64,000 bases of DNA from Chiloscyllium plagiosum (lineage: Eukaryota). The position numbers and the translations under genes were made by a program. This document shows positions 49,464 through 61,779 of this stretch, piece after piece. Below the pieces are notes generated by a model. It was not told the DNA's origin. It ran no database searches and was given only the letters and a program-made list of their open reading frames with translations. The stretch spans positions 77,268,202 through 77,332,201 of the forward strand of contig NC_057718.1 of the NCBI RefSeq assembly GCF_004010195.1, written 5' to 3'. Numbering within the stretch: the stretch's first letter is position 1; every line of letters starts with the position of its first letter.

Positions 49464-50489
49464 CTGACAAGACTTCTGTTTTGTATTATTGTGAATTGCT
49501 GTATTCGGTTTTGGTATAGGTGTTGGGATGGGATCAAACTGAGTTGCAATATTTATGTAGCAGCAAAACAATTTCATAATTCAATCCTGATTTCAAATGA
49601 TTTTACATGATTTGCTTTAAGTACAAAATATTGAATGTTCTTTGCTCAGGATCTGAGCCATTGTTGCTTGTGCATAATAACAAATTTGTTAACTTGGAAG
49701 ATTAATTCATCTTTATGTGCACAGGCAGTAGAATTTTGTTTGAGAAAAATTGAAATGAAAAATATGTGTGTCATCTCTGAGCCGCTTTACTCCTGATTAG
49801 GGTTGCTACCTCTTGGATTGTCCTAGAGTCTCCTGGAGAAACCTGAAGTAAAATCATAGGGACATTAAAATTATATTTATAATTCTGTTTGTAATTTTAC
49901 AGCATTTGAGAAGAGCAACAAGACTGTTTATTTTCTAGATGGGCAAGTTGGAGGTACAAAGTTATATGATAAAATCTATTGGAATACATCTAAAAAGACT
50001 TGCCAATCTATCTTGATGTTATTATTTTATTCTATGATTATTACCATTAATTTATAACTCTTTCTCCTCTTCACTATATGTAATAAGATTTATTAGTCTT
50101 TTTGAAATGTTCACCACATGCAGTACATCAAGTGTGATAACAAAAGCAATTTAGAAACATTGAGATCACGTGACTTCACAGAGTATTGAAAACTAATAGG
50201 CAAAATAATCAATCCCAAAAAAATGTTATTTGTCATGATATCTTTGCCCTAATTAGAATTACTTAAATTATACAGATTGTACAGTGCAGAAACAAGTCAT
50301 TCAGCTCAGTGAGTGTTCAATTCCATTCGCAACTCCGCAGAATTTAATCAGTCTATGCTTGTCTACAGAAACATCAGAACAATACACAGACTTGGACCAA
50401 TCGCAGACAAGTAATTTTTGGGTTACACAAATGCCAGAAAATGAACATTGTCAACAAGACAGTACCTAATTACCTACTTTGATATTCAG

Positions 50490-51500
50490 TTATACTACCA
50501 TCACTGAATATCCCACCATCAATATCCTAGGGATCTGCACATTAATCAGAAGTTTATCTGGACTACTCAAAGAAAACAAATAAATACAGCAGGCCAGAGT
50601 CAGGGAATTTTGCATTGAATAACTCATCTTGAGATTCTTCAGGGTCTGTTCACTAATTGAAAGGGACCTGATTATGTGCTATCTCTCAGAAGTATGAAGT
50701 TTTTACAAATTGCCTGGTTGAGTGCAGTTCCAACTACACTTGAGTCTCAGATCCATCCATATCAAAACAGCTTACTTAATCAGTATCTCAACCACCATGC
50801 AAAATTTTAACTTTCTTTAATATTCCTGCAGTATGTACCATTTCCATCATGAATTGCAGCAAAATTCCAAGGGTCCTTCAATAACATCTGCCACTTAAAA
50901 AGTAATTGAGAACAGGCCAAAGGGAGCCCTATTAGCTGCATGTTCCCCTTCAAGTCACCCTATCCTTTCTTCATCATTATTCAAAATCTTGGAACACCCT
51001 CCCACTGTGGAAGTACCTTCCCTATGGAATACAGCCGCCCAAAAAGATGGCTAATCACCATCTGCTCAATGGCAAGTTGATAGATATACAAAGATAGATA
51101 GAGGTAGTGTTGAGGAAGTGGGTAAGCTGCAGAAGGACTTGGACAGGGTAGGAGAGTGGGCAAAGAACTGGCAGATGGAATATAACTTGAGAAAGTGTGA
51201 GTGTATGCACTTTGGTAGGAAGAATTGAGGAGTAGACTATTTTCTAAATTAAGAAAAGCTTCAGAAACCTAAAAAAAAGTCATGAGGGGCAAATTCTTTT
51301 ACACAGAGAGTGTTTCGTTATGAAATGAACTTCCAGAGTGTATGGTTACACATTTAAAAGACATTTGGATAAGTACATGAATAAAAGGTATGTGGAGGGA
51401 TATGGGCCAAGTGCAGGTAGGTGGGACTAGTTTAGTTTGCGATTATGGTAACATTATGGACTGATTTGATCGGAGGGTCTGTTTCCATGTTGTATTACTA
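50490..51500 (+). mobile_element. Decayed LINE 3' fragments (CR1/L2-group, then CR1)
   Basis: LQKDLDRVGEWAKNWQMEY at ~51127-51185 and FFTQRV; 50490-51075 resembles 45070-45570. Confidence 0.65.
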
Positions 51501-54500
51501 TGATTGATTAGTTGAACTTGTAAAACATTGAAACAGCAAAAAGCCACTTAAGCCTGTTCTACCATTCAAGAAGATAATGACTGATTTGTGACAACTCCAT
51601 TTACCAACCTTTGTCCCACATCCTTTCATAACTTTGGTTAGTTAAAAAAAACTACCAATAAAAATTAACTTATATTAATATGTACAAGTGAATCCCAACT
51701 TCCTCCTAAAAAGTCTGGCTTGATTCTTTAGATATTGCCTTGCTTAATATTTCCTATAATCACACATTAATTAATTGAGGGAATAAACTTTATGTTTTCT
51801 TCCCAGTGTTTCTATCTCTCCAAGTCATACATTGAGCCAACGTGGTCAGTTTTCTTTGTGTTTACATTAATGCTTGGCTGAGCAAGTTGCAAGAAGATGC
51901 ATGAATGCATTCCAGAGATAACTTTCTCTGTTGATTTATTCCTTTCTTCCAATGGGAAGGTTACCTTCTCCTCCTTTATCCACATTGGTGAGATTAAGAA
52001 CTCAGTTTAGGATCAGAGGAGATCTCCATGCATCTCTGCATTTCAAGGTGTGGCACACGCATTGTTATTTCTTAGAAGCCCAGTCTCTAAATAAAACATA
52101 GCAATACAACTGCTGACCATTGGACAGCCCAAAGGTTCTCATTTGCCCACCTCTGAAACAAGATAGTTAGATGTAATTTGCATTCTGCTATTTGCAGAAA
52201 AAGAATTAAACAACCATTACCTGTATACAGTAGTGGATTTGGCAAGTGATTCCATTTGCTTCATTACCTGTTATTTTTATTTCTTAGTGTCTGTCACTGC
52301 TTGGTGTTGGATAACTTTGCTGGCCATAATGACAGCTTAGAGGTTTCCTACTGAATATATACAAAATGTCTTCGCATGTTAATGATCAGGAAACATTAAT
52401 GAGCAACCTGAGTAGTTGTTTCAAAATGTTAACACTGCTTTTACTTTCCAGAAGTGTTTGGATGAAATCAGTCTGCATGTGGTAACAACAGACATAAGTG
52501 GGGATTATTTTGATTTCTGGTCTGTTATATATCTCTCTTGATTTTAAATTCTCCCCACTTCAATGGAAATGAAAATTCAAAAGATGTATAATATGTAGTT
52601 AATTTTAATTGTTTGTTTTGCACTCTTGCTAAATCACAATCCAAATGCACAAATGATTCATTTCTCCCCTCAGTCATTTAACTTGTAAATAAAATGTTGG
52701 CTACAAATCAAAACAATTTTTAAAATATTTTAACTGAATTTAAATTATTTTATAAAAGATCCTGATTAAAATACAGTTCTTTTTCTCTTACAGACTTAAA
52801 GTAATTCCTTATCTTTATATATCATGTACCATATTATTTAGTGACATGGCATTGAAAAAAAGGTTATAGTGAAAAGTTACAGTAATGTTTGATTTATGTC
52901 ATGAATTTTTCTATTTGCAACATTTTGCTATATAACTTAAACTTTATAATATGTTAATATTCAATAAATATTAGACATTTTTCAGTAACTAGTATGACAG
53001 TGTATGTTTTACTTCTTTGTAATGTGATGGAGATTTTGTTGTTCCACTAGTTGCTCTAATGTTTAATTTCTAGCAATTGTAGCCAGTTATGACCATATTT
53101 CCTTTTGCATCTTAACAACATTGTTAGACAATATTATACATTATTACTATATAACACAATATAGTGGTAGTCTTATAGTTATATAGTGATAATGTGGATT
53201 GTCCTAGACATTCTGTTTTCTGTTTTACATGTTGGCTGCTGAGCTGTATATGAACAATTTGATTGTCACATGATTGACATGGCAGTGAGTCATGAAAGGT
53301 CAGGCAAAATTGAAGATTCAGCTAGTTTGTACAATGATGGCTCATTTCACCCTGTTAACCACATGAACACTTACTTGGTAATTGTTAGTGCTGGCTAGTT
53401 TTAAGCACTATAATTGAACAATGAGAATAATGTAGCTGAAAATATTCATGCTTTCAAAACAGAAAATGATGATAATACCAATGTTGCAAATCAGCTTCAA
53501 TTTCTTTTAGGTATAGAAAAACATTTTACAAATTATATCGTAAAGGCAAATGGACAATAAACTGGCAGGTAAATTATAAATAAATTAGAGTGTAGCATAT
53601 GTTATATAATCTGACTATATATGCCTGAGATCCACAAAGTTATAGTACTTGCATATGCAGATCTACTCCCTTGTTACAAATGTTGATAGGACCATGGCTG
53701 AAGTCATTAGAGGAGAGGGATGGCTTGTGAAGCAAGCTCAACCTCTTCTCTCACAGCTACTGGAGTTGCTACCCTGCTCAGGCAGGCCATCTGATTCCAA
53801 ATCTGTGTCCATCATGATTATTGGGCCAATTTAGCACCTGCTAATGAAGACCTACATCCCCAAGGAATCTTGAAGCATATAGTTTAATAAATATCAAAAC
53901 ATTTCTTGTTGATGTCCTCATTTTTTTTTAAGCTGATGTCTCAAAATAATTCAAACTTGTTGAAGTCAAATAAAAGTAAAGGCCATAACGTTGTGTTTGC
54001 ATTTATGTTGAGCAAATTATTATTGTTTTATATATATATTAAATTGATGTTAAAGTGTCCAGTCCAGATTAGTTTCACCTTTTAATAGTTTAATACTACA
54101 TATTTAGAGCACATTATATTCCTATCCAACAGCTGAATGCATTGTATGGATTGGTGTGCTAAATTATTTTAATTGTTTACTAACCATATGTAGCAAGTTC
54201 CCATTAATTTCAGTACAGCAATCCACACTTGGCCAGGCTATCTACCATCTTGCAAAGAATACTAATTTAGCATGGTGTAATTCGATCACTGTTTGACCTT
54301 CATTTGCAGCTATTGTCTGGACTAATATTATACAGGTATGGGTTTAATTAATTTAATAACATATCACATACAAATAATTGTCATATTTCCTTAACCATTT
54401 TACAGGGTTTTGAAATAGCAATAAAATCTGATTTAAAAGTTTCTAAAGTAACAATATGAAATACAGATGATTAACACATTTCTCTCAGTTGTTAAAATAG

Positions 54501-54759
54501 CCATAATGCTGTTTAAAACAAGTAAGTTAATGCCACCTTTAAAAGAGCAAAATATAGAATTTTGAATGAGTATACTAACAGTTTAAACACTGTTTTTCCT
54601 ATGCATAGTGTGAGTGCAAAAGTTTTCAGATTTAGTTTAATAATTTATTTCAGTTTAATTATTGTACACATATCCTTGTGCTTTCAAGAACTTGTATTGG
54701 TTTGGTTAGTAATTGCACCACCCCTTATGAGAATAGTTCTAAGACACTGTGTGGAATGA

Positions 54760-56050
54760 GCTTCATTAGGAGCATGAGAGAGAGAGAGAGAGATCAGGTA
54801 CAGCACATAAAGAGGAGAGTGGACAGTGTGAGAAGGGCAGCAGCAGCAGCAGATAAGGAAAAAAGGTAGTTGATTGGTGAGTTTATTTAGTCTCTTTTGA
54901 TTGGCTAAGTAGTATAAGTCAGGAGACATTATTGTAGCTAGAGTTAAGAAATTCACCTTTAAAATATTTAACATCCAAATTAATTAAATAGAATCGAGAT
55001 GGCTAGGTAGGCGATGTGTTACAGTTGTAGTATGTGGGAGCCAGTGGATGCTGATGTCAGACCACATCTGTGGCAAGTCTTGGCTGATGAAGGAAATTCC
55101 ACTCAAAATGGATGTACTGGAGTCCAACCTGCCAACACTGCAACACATTAAGGAGGGAAGGTGAGAAGGAGGTACCTGGACACTGTTTCAGGAGACTGTT
55201 ACATTAATTGCAGCAATTTGGACCATGGTTGCAGAGAGGAGGGTGTGATTGTAAATGTAAGCAGGTAGGGGGAGCCAGATGATGTAAAAACATGTGTGAG
55301 GACATGTTGTGATGAGGACATAAGGAATCCTCAAGAAGATGTAGTTAAGTTGAGTGGGTGGGCAAAAACCTGGCAGATGGAGTTTAATTTCAGAAATGTC
55401 ATGCATTTTAGTAAGAAGAATCAAAAGGCAGACTATTATTTAAATAGAGGGAGATTCCAAAAACATGAAATGCAGAGGGATCGTGTGTTCTTATGCATGA
55501 AATGCAACAAGTTAGTACTGTAATTAAGAAAGCAAAAGGATTTTTGATCTTTATTGGTGGAGTTTAAAAACAATTTTGGGTTTTATATTTAAGAAAGCAT
55601 ACTCTGGCATTGGAAACAGTGCAAAAGAGATTCACTAGGCTGATTGAACGGATTGAATGGGATTGACAGATTGACTTATCAAGATCGGTTAAACCGGTTA
55701 AGCTTTTGTTTATTAGAGTTTAGGAGAATCACATGCAAATTTATTAAAACATACAAGATTTTGAGGAGGCTTGACAGTGAAGATGATGATATAATGTTAC
55801 CATGAGTGAGAGAGTCTTGAATTATGAGTTATAATTACAGAATAAAGAGACTCTCATCCAGAACTGAGATAGGAAGGAAATTGTAGCAAATGTCTGGAAT
55901 TCTTTACTCCAGAGGCTTGTGGAGGCTAAATCACTGAAAATATTTAAAGAGGAGGTAAATACATCTTTTTTTCACAAATTCAGAGATTGAGAGACATGAG
56001 GAGCTAACATGAAAGAGGGTTTGAGGGATAGGGCAGATCAGCCATGATCT
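54760..56050 (+). mobile_element. Internally deleted CR1 (5' region and ORF1 zinc finger joined to the ORF2 3' end)
   Basis: MCYSCSMWE..DHICGKS at ~55015-55080, then EDVVKLSGWAKTWQMEFN. Confidence 0.7.
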
Positions 56051-56944
56051 GGGTAGCACAGTGTTTGGCGTTGCTGTCTCACAGCGCCAGGGATCTGATT
56101 TCAATTCCACTCTGGGGTGGCGCTCAAAGCACCATGCCTGCAATAATATTTTAGGACACCTGAGGCAAAAACATGGATTTGAATGCTTCCAGTCCCAGAA
56201 CAATGTGGGCAATGACAAATCATTTGGGAAAATATGGTAAGGTCGAGAAATGAAATTCTCAACATTGAGAAAAGTCCAATTTTAAACCCAAGGTTTAAAT
56301 GGTGAGCCAAGAATCTCACTACTGTGCAGCGAAAGGTCTATTGGCATGCATTTACTTCACATTAGTAGCTCATCTTGCCTGATTTAAGTACAGCTTGCTA
56401 CTCTCCCACACAGCAGACAGAAACTTGACAAAAGCAATCCCATGAAAGTGGAAGTGGGTACCTGGCATCTCCAGCTCATCACTTGCTCCTGCAGTCCTCC
56501 ATTCTGAACAATCTTTAACATTTCTGGGTATGCTCTATTTGTCTTGACTTCCTGTGCTATCTGTCCACAGAGGTTAGCATAAGGTGCACACCAATCTCAT
56601 CACATCCTCATGGGACATTTCTGATCCACTTAGAAAGCAGTTCTCCACTTTCGAGTGCAGCAATACATATAATGTTGCTATCAGAAAACTATGCACACAG
56701 GGACAGGCAGCCATCTCATGTGTTGGAATGGGGTGTACCTCAGGGTTCTTCACTTGCTCTCTAGGCGCTCAACCCAATTCTTAGATTCTCACAGAGTCTT
56801 TGCATTGCCTTGTCTTTTTTTATGCATTGCTGCCTCATTCAGAACTTATCTGCTAACAATATTTCTCTCTTGCCTTGCTATTTAGTGCTGATACAAAGCC
56901 AGACAGCTTGTCACAGTTATTAGCAGGGATCAATCAGAAGTATG

Positions 56945-57430
56945 GACATTGTGGAGTCATAAAGCATGGAAACAGACTCTTCGGTCCAACCAGTCCATGC
57001 CAACCATGTTCCCAAACCAAACTAGTCTCACCTGCCTGTGCTTGGCCCATATCTCTCCAAACCTTTTCTATTCATTAACTTATACAAATGTGTTTTAAAC
57101 ATTGTAACTGTACCTGCATCCACCACTGAATCTGGCAGATCATTCCACACATGAACCAATCTGTGTAAAAAGGTTGTTTCTCATGTCCATTGGAAATCTT
57201 TCTCCTCTCCCCTTAAAATATGCCCCTAGTTTTGAACTCCTCCACCCCAGGGAAAAGACCCTTGTCATTCATTTTATTTGTGCTCCTCATGATTTTATAA
57301 GCCTCAACGTCATCCCTCACCCTCTTATACTTTAGAGAAAAAAGTCCTAGTCTTTCCAGTCTATTTTTATATCTCAAACCCTCCATTCTTGGCAACATCC
57401 TTAAACCTTTTCTGAACCTTCTCTAGTTTA
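56945..57430 (-). mobile_element. CR1 3' fragment
   Basis: MLPRMEGLRYKNRLERLGLFSL. Confidence 0.85.
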
Positions 57431-57534
57431 ATATCCTTGCGTTGTATAGCACTGTGCTATGCCAATCTCACACCTATATCATGTGCAAACAATTTATGTG
57501 GCAAACACAGTACGTGCATGTCAGCTAGGTATTT

Positions 57535-58935
57535 TGCAGATGCTGGAGATCAGAGCTGAAAAATGTGTTGCTGGAAAAGCGCAGCAGGTCAGGCAGCATC
57601 CAAGAAGCAGGAGAATTGACGTTTCGGGCAAAGGCTCTTCTTCAGGAATGAGGAGGGTGTGCCAAGCAGGCTAAGATAAAAGGTAGGGAGGAGGGACTTG
57701 GGGGAGGGGCGTTGGGAATGCGATAGGTGTATGGACGTTAAGGTGAGGGTGATAGGCCGGAGAGGGNNNNNNNNNNNNNNNNNNNNNNNNNNNNNNNNNN
57801 NNNNNNNNNNNNNNNNNNNNNNNNNNNNNNNNNNNNNNNNNNNNNNNNNNNNNNNNNNNNNNNNNNNNNNNNNNNNNNNNNNNNNNNNNNNNNNNNNNNN
57901 NNNNNNNNNNNNNNNNNNNNNNNNNNNNNNNNNNNNNNNNNNNNNNNNNNNNNNNNNNNNNNNNNNNNNNNNNNNNNNNNNNNNNNNNNNNNNNNNNNNN
58001 NNNNNNNNNNNNNNNNNNNNNNNNNNNNNNNNNNNNNNNNNNNNNNNNNNNNNNNNNNNNNNNNNNNNNNNNNNNNNNNNNNNNNNNNNNNNNNNNNNNN
58101 NNNNNNNNNNNNNNNNNNNNNNNNNNNNNNNNNNNNNNNNNNNNNNNNNNNNNNNNNNNNNNNNNNNNNNNNNNNNNNNNNNNNNNNNNNNNNNNNNNNN
58201 NNNNNNNNNNNNNNNNNNNNNNNNNNNNNNNNNNNNNNNNNNNNNNNNNNNNNNNNNNNNNNNNNNNNNNNNNNNNNNNNNNNNNNNNNNNNNNNNNNNN
58301 NNNNNNNNNNNNNNNNNNNNNNNNNNNNNNNNNNNNNNNNNNNNNNNNNNNNNNNNNNNNNNNNNNNNNNNNNNNNNNNNNNNNNNNNNNNNNNNNNNNN
58401 NNNNNNNNNNNNNNNNNNNNNNNNNNNNNNNNNNNNNNNNNNNNNNNNNNNNNNNNNNNNNNNNNNNNNNNNNNNNNNNNNNNNNNNNNNNNNNNNNNNN
58501 NNNNNNNAACTCCCCCTCCCACTCCACCAAGGACATGCAGGTCCTTGGCCTCCTCCATCGCCAGACCATGGCAACATGACGCCTGGAGGAACCCGCCAAC
58601 CACAAGGGATGAACTCAGATTTCTCCAGCTTCCTCATTTCCCCTGCCCCCACCTTATCTCAGTCCCACCCCTCGGACTCAGCACCGCCTTCTTGACCTGC
58701 AATCTTCTTCCCGACCACCTCCACCCCCTCTCCGGCCTATCACCCTCACCTTAACCTCCATACACCTATCGCATTCCCAATGCCCCTCCCCCAAGTCCCT
58801 CCTCCCTACCTTTTATCTTAGCCTGCTTGGCACACCCTCCTCATTCCTGAAGAAGGGCTTATGCCCGAAATGTCAATTCTGCTCCTTAGATGCTGCCTGA
58901 CCTGCTGCGCTTTTCCAGCAACACATTTTTCAGCT
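57535..58935. mobile_element. Penelope-like element with inverted pLTRs around an assembly gap
   Basis: 57553-57766 is the reverse complement of ~58727-58936; GIY-YIG tail (HSTKDMQVLGLL) after the gap; hammerhead-like core at ~58847. Confidence 0.85.
57767..58507. other. Assembly gap (N run)
   Basis: Seen directly. Confidence 1.
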
Positions 58936-59094
58936 CATTTATGTCTCAAAGCTGAGGGTGAGTAGACATCGGACAATCAAGGAAGACTGTCACCAGTCAT
59001 AGATGTTGTTACAGGCAGTCAGGGGCTTAGACATGGTAATTGAGCAGCTTGGAGCAGTTGGGGTCATATGTTCTGTGTCACTGCACTGATATGA

Positions 59095-59760
59095 TATACG
59101 AGCAGAATTAAGGCTTTCGGCCCATCATTACCAGCTCCACCATCCAACCATGGCTGTTATGTTTTTCGACCTCATTCTCCTGCCTTCTCCCTGTAACTAT
59201 TGATATCCTTACTAATCACTGTGTCAAGACACTCAATGACTTGGCATCCACAGTCTTCATTGGTAACAAGTTCCACAGATTCACCACCCTCTGAAGAAAT
59301 TCCTCCTCATCTCAGTTCAAAAGGATTGTCCCTTCACTCTTAGGTTCTAATCTTTCCTACTCGTAGAAACATCTTCTCCACATCGACTCTCTCTGGGCCT
59401 CCCAGTATTCTGTAAGTTTCAGTGTGGTTTTCTTCCCCACCGCACCCCCCCCCCCCCCAATCAAAAATATCCTTCTAAACTCCATTGACTACAGATCGAG
59501 AGTCCTCAGCTGCTCCTCACGTGACAAGTCCTTCATTCCTGGGATCATTCATGTGAACCTCCTACGGACCCCTCCAATACCAGCACATTCTTCATTAGAT
59601 AAAGGACCCGAAAAGTCTTACTATATTTCAAAGTGAACTGACAGAGCCTCACCAGTACATTCCTGCTCTTGTATACTAACCCTCAAAATGAATGCTAACG
59701 TTGTATTTGCCTTTCTGCTAACTGAACATATATGTTAAGAGAATCCTGAACCAGTATTCA
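59095..59760 (-). mobile_element. Decayed CR1 3' fragment
   Basis: Minus-strand tgagatgaggaggaatttcttc..agggtggtgaatctgtggaa; similar to the other CR1 tails in the window. Confidence 0.8.
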
Positions 59761-59790
59761 AACCTTTTATCCCCAGGTTTTCTTCCCTTA

Positions 59791-60480
59791 TGTTACAGAC
59801 AGAAGGCAGAGAACTGACTCAGAACTTAATTAAACAACCCATCTTTAATTTAACTCTTTAAGTTCCAAAACTCAGTATAAACATACATCCGTTGCAATAT
59901 TTACTTCTTACTTTATCTAACTTAACTTCAACTTTAACTCACTTTGTTTAACTTCACTTTACCTTCCTCTACTTAATTCACATGACCTATAACCCTGAAA
60001 ATTTGGTTTGAAACAAATACCACCCCAATTTGAGTAAAGTGGCCAACTTTGCTCTCTGTGTAGATCTGGTTTTATGGTTCTTTTGTCTTCTCTGAATGAA
60101 CTTCAGGGCACATGCTTCTCAAATATTGGTGTCAAAGGCTTCTGAGAAAATCCTTAGTTCTGCTAATTTATCTCAAAATGTGCTTGGTTGCCAGAAAGTT
60201 CTCTGGCACTCAGCCAATGGAATTTACTGGTAAACAACTCCCAAATGTTTACACCAATTCATAAGCAGTGACATTCCATGCTCCATATGAGATAGTATGG
60301 TGCCAGTATGTCTAGAGACACCATGACACTTACATTATTTGGTCAACACTGGAAACTGTAGATCCTGGCTGCGGTTTAACTGAGGTCAGAGTTTAAATTT
60401 GCTTGAAAAAAATTCCCAGCATGCTTGATTGTACTCTTAACTGTTTTTGCTTCTGGCCAACTGACCACATGAGTAATAGC
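59791..60480. repeat. Possible LTR fragment (TGTTAC start, layout like the Gypsy LTRs)
   Basis: Starts tgttacagacag; tgtagatct..ttt and tttaaatttg blocks. Right end unclear. Confidence 0.35.
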
Positions 60481-61779
60481 CAGTCCTGGAAGTCAGCTCA
60501 CTGAAAGTCAAGTGGGATTATCAGGGCCACTGTTATGGTAAAGAAACTATGGAATTCAATCGTGGGGATTGGTGGAAGCATGCTGAGGAGGCAACAATTG
60601 TGATAGGAGGCAACTCACACATAATGGTATGAGACTATGGTGCTCTGCGGACATGAGTTACTGTGAGAGGGGGCATGATCAATGCTCACCACCATCTTGG
60701 ACCTGACAGCTGGGCAATGCATTGCAATCAATGCTGTGCTAAGCTGCAGCTTCAGGACTTACGTGGTAATGTTGAGAGATGAAACCGTAAATAAAACAAT
60801 CTAGGGTTGGAAAGAATGGAATGTCAGAACTGATGGGGTCAGCAGGAAGGAAGGAATTTGGAAGGTTTGGAGGATCCTTAGATTACTAGCTTGAGCCTAT
60901 AATTCTGTGTCAGGTGTGATCTGTTTTCTTCGATCCTTATGTTAATACACGTAATGAAAATATAAAATGGCTGTGACCATACCCAGAGTGGGTGGAGTGA
61001 TTTTTTCCCCCCCCAGTTTGAGTATGCATTCTCTAATTGTGTACAATATGAGGCCCTTCAAGAAATAATTGCACTTATCAGGCACTTACTACAGGATGAA
61101 GTCAACTGTAATCACAGTACCCTGCTTGTAAAATGCATGCAGTGCCCAACTGTGAGGGATACAAATCCTGGCCACAAGCTTGACCACGTCATTGGTCATG
61201 ACAGATTGATCACATCCATCTCTGTAAGTAGATACAGATGATAGCAAAAGTGCCACCTGCAGGCCACAAGTCACAAAGACAATCCAAGATCTCAAAAGTC
61301 TGCTTAAGGGTGCACAGCTGTTTCCCCACCACCTTGAAGTGGAACTATTTCCCAACATGCAATGCTGTCTTTTTTTGGGTGGGGTGAAGGTGGGAGAAAT
61401 GATATCAGTAATTATGTTACACTTACAATCTCCTACTGTATTTGCTCCATATGGCTGTGTTGCTTTCATCAGGTAAGGTCCACATAGGTCCATGTAGAGG
61501 CATTCCATGGCCCTCCTTGTTGTAGTCCTCCATGTTTCATTGTGTCAAGGACTTTGCGAAACTGTCTTTTGTATGTGATGCAAACATTACAAAGAACCTG
61601 TTCTATTTCTGATATTTCCCACAATTGTTCATTGGAATCATGATCAATGGAGCCAGCCACAACAGGGATCATTAACTACAGTGCTACGATGACACAGAGA
61701 AATTGAGGAGGATCAGGAGCTCCAGAAGGCTAGGAAATGCACCAACCTCCAGTGATGGTTGGTTCCCCAAGAAGCAGTT

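Noticed and set aside
49464..52970. 3' UTR end / poly(A) site of the CENPJ-family gene
   Set aside because: Several AATAAA hexamers (~50578, 51383, 52089, 52688, 52963) in AT-rich DNA; cannot choose without transcripts.
2874..58935. Recurrent palindromic repeats as a CRISPR array or MITE family
   Set aside because: They are dispersed with no spacers in a vertebrate context. They align to Penelope pLTRs and have variable 10-15 bp TSDs.
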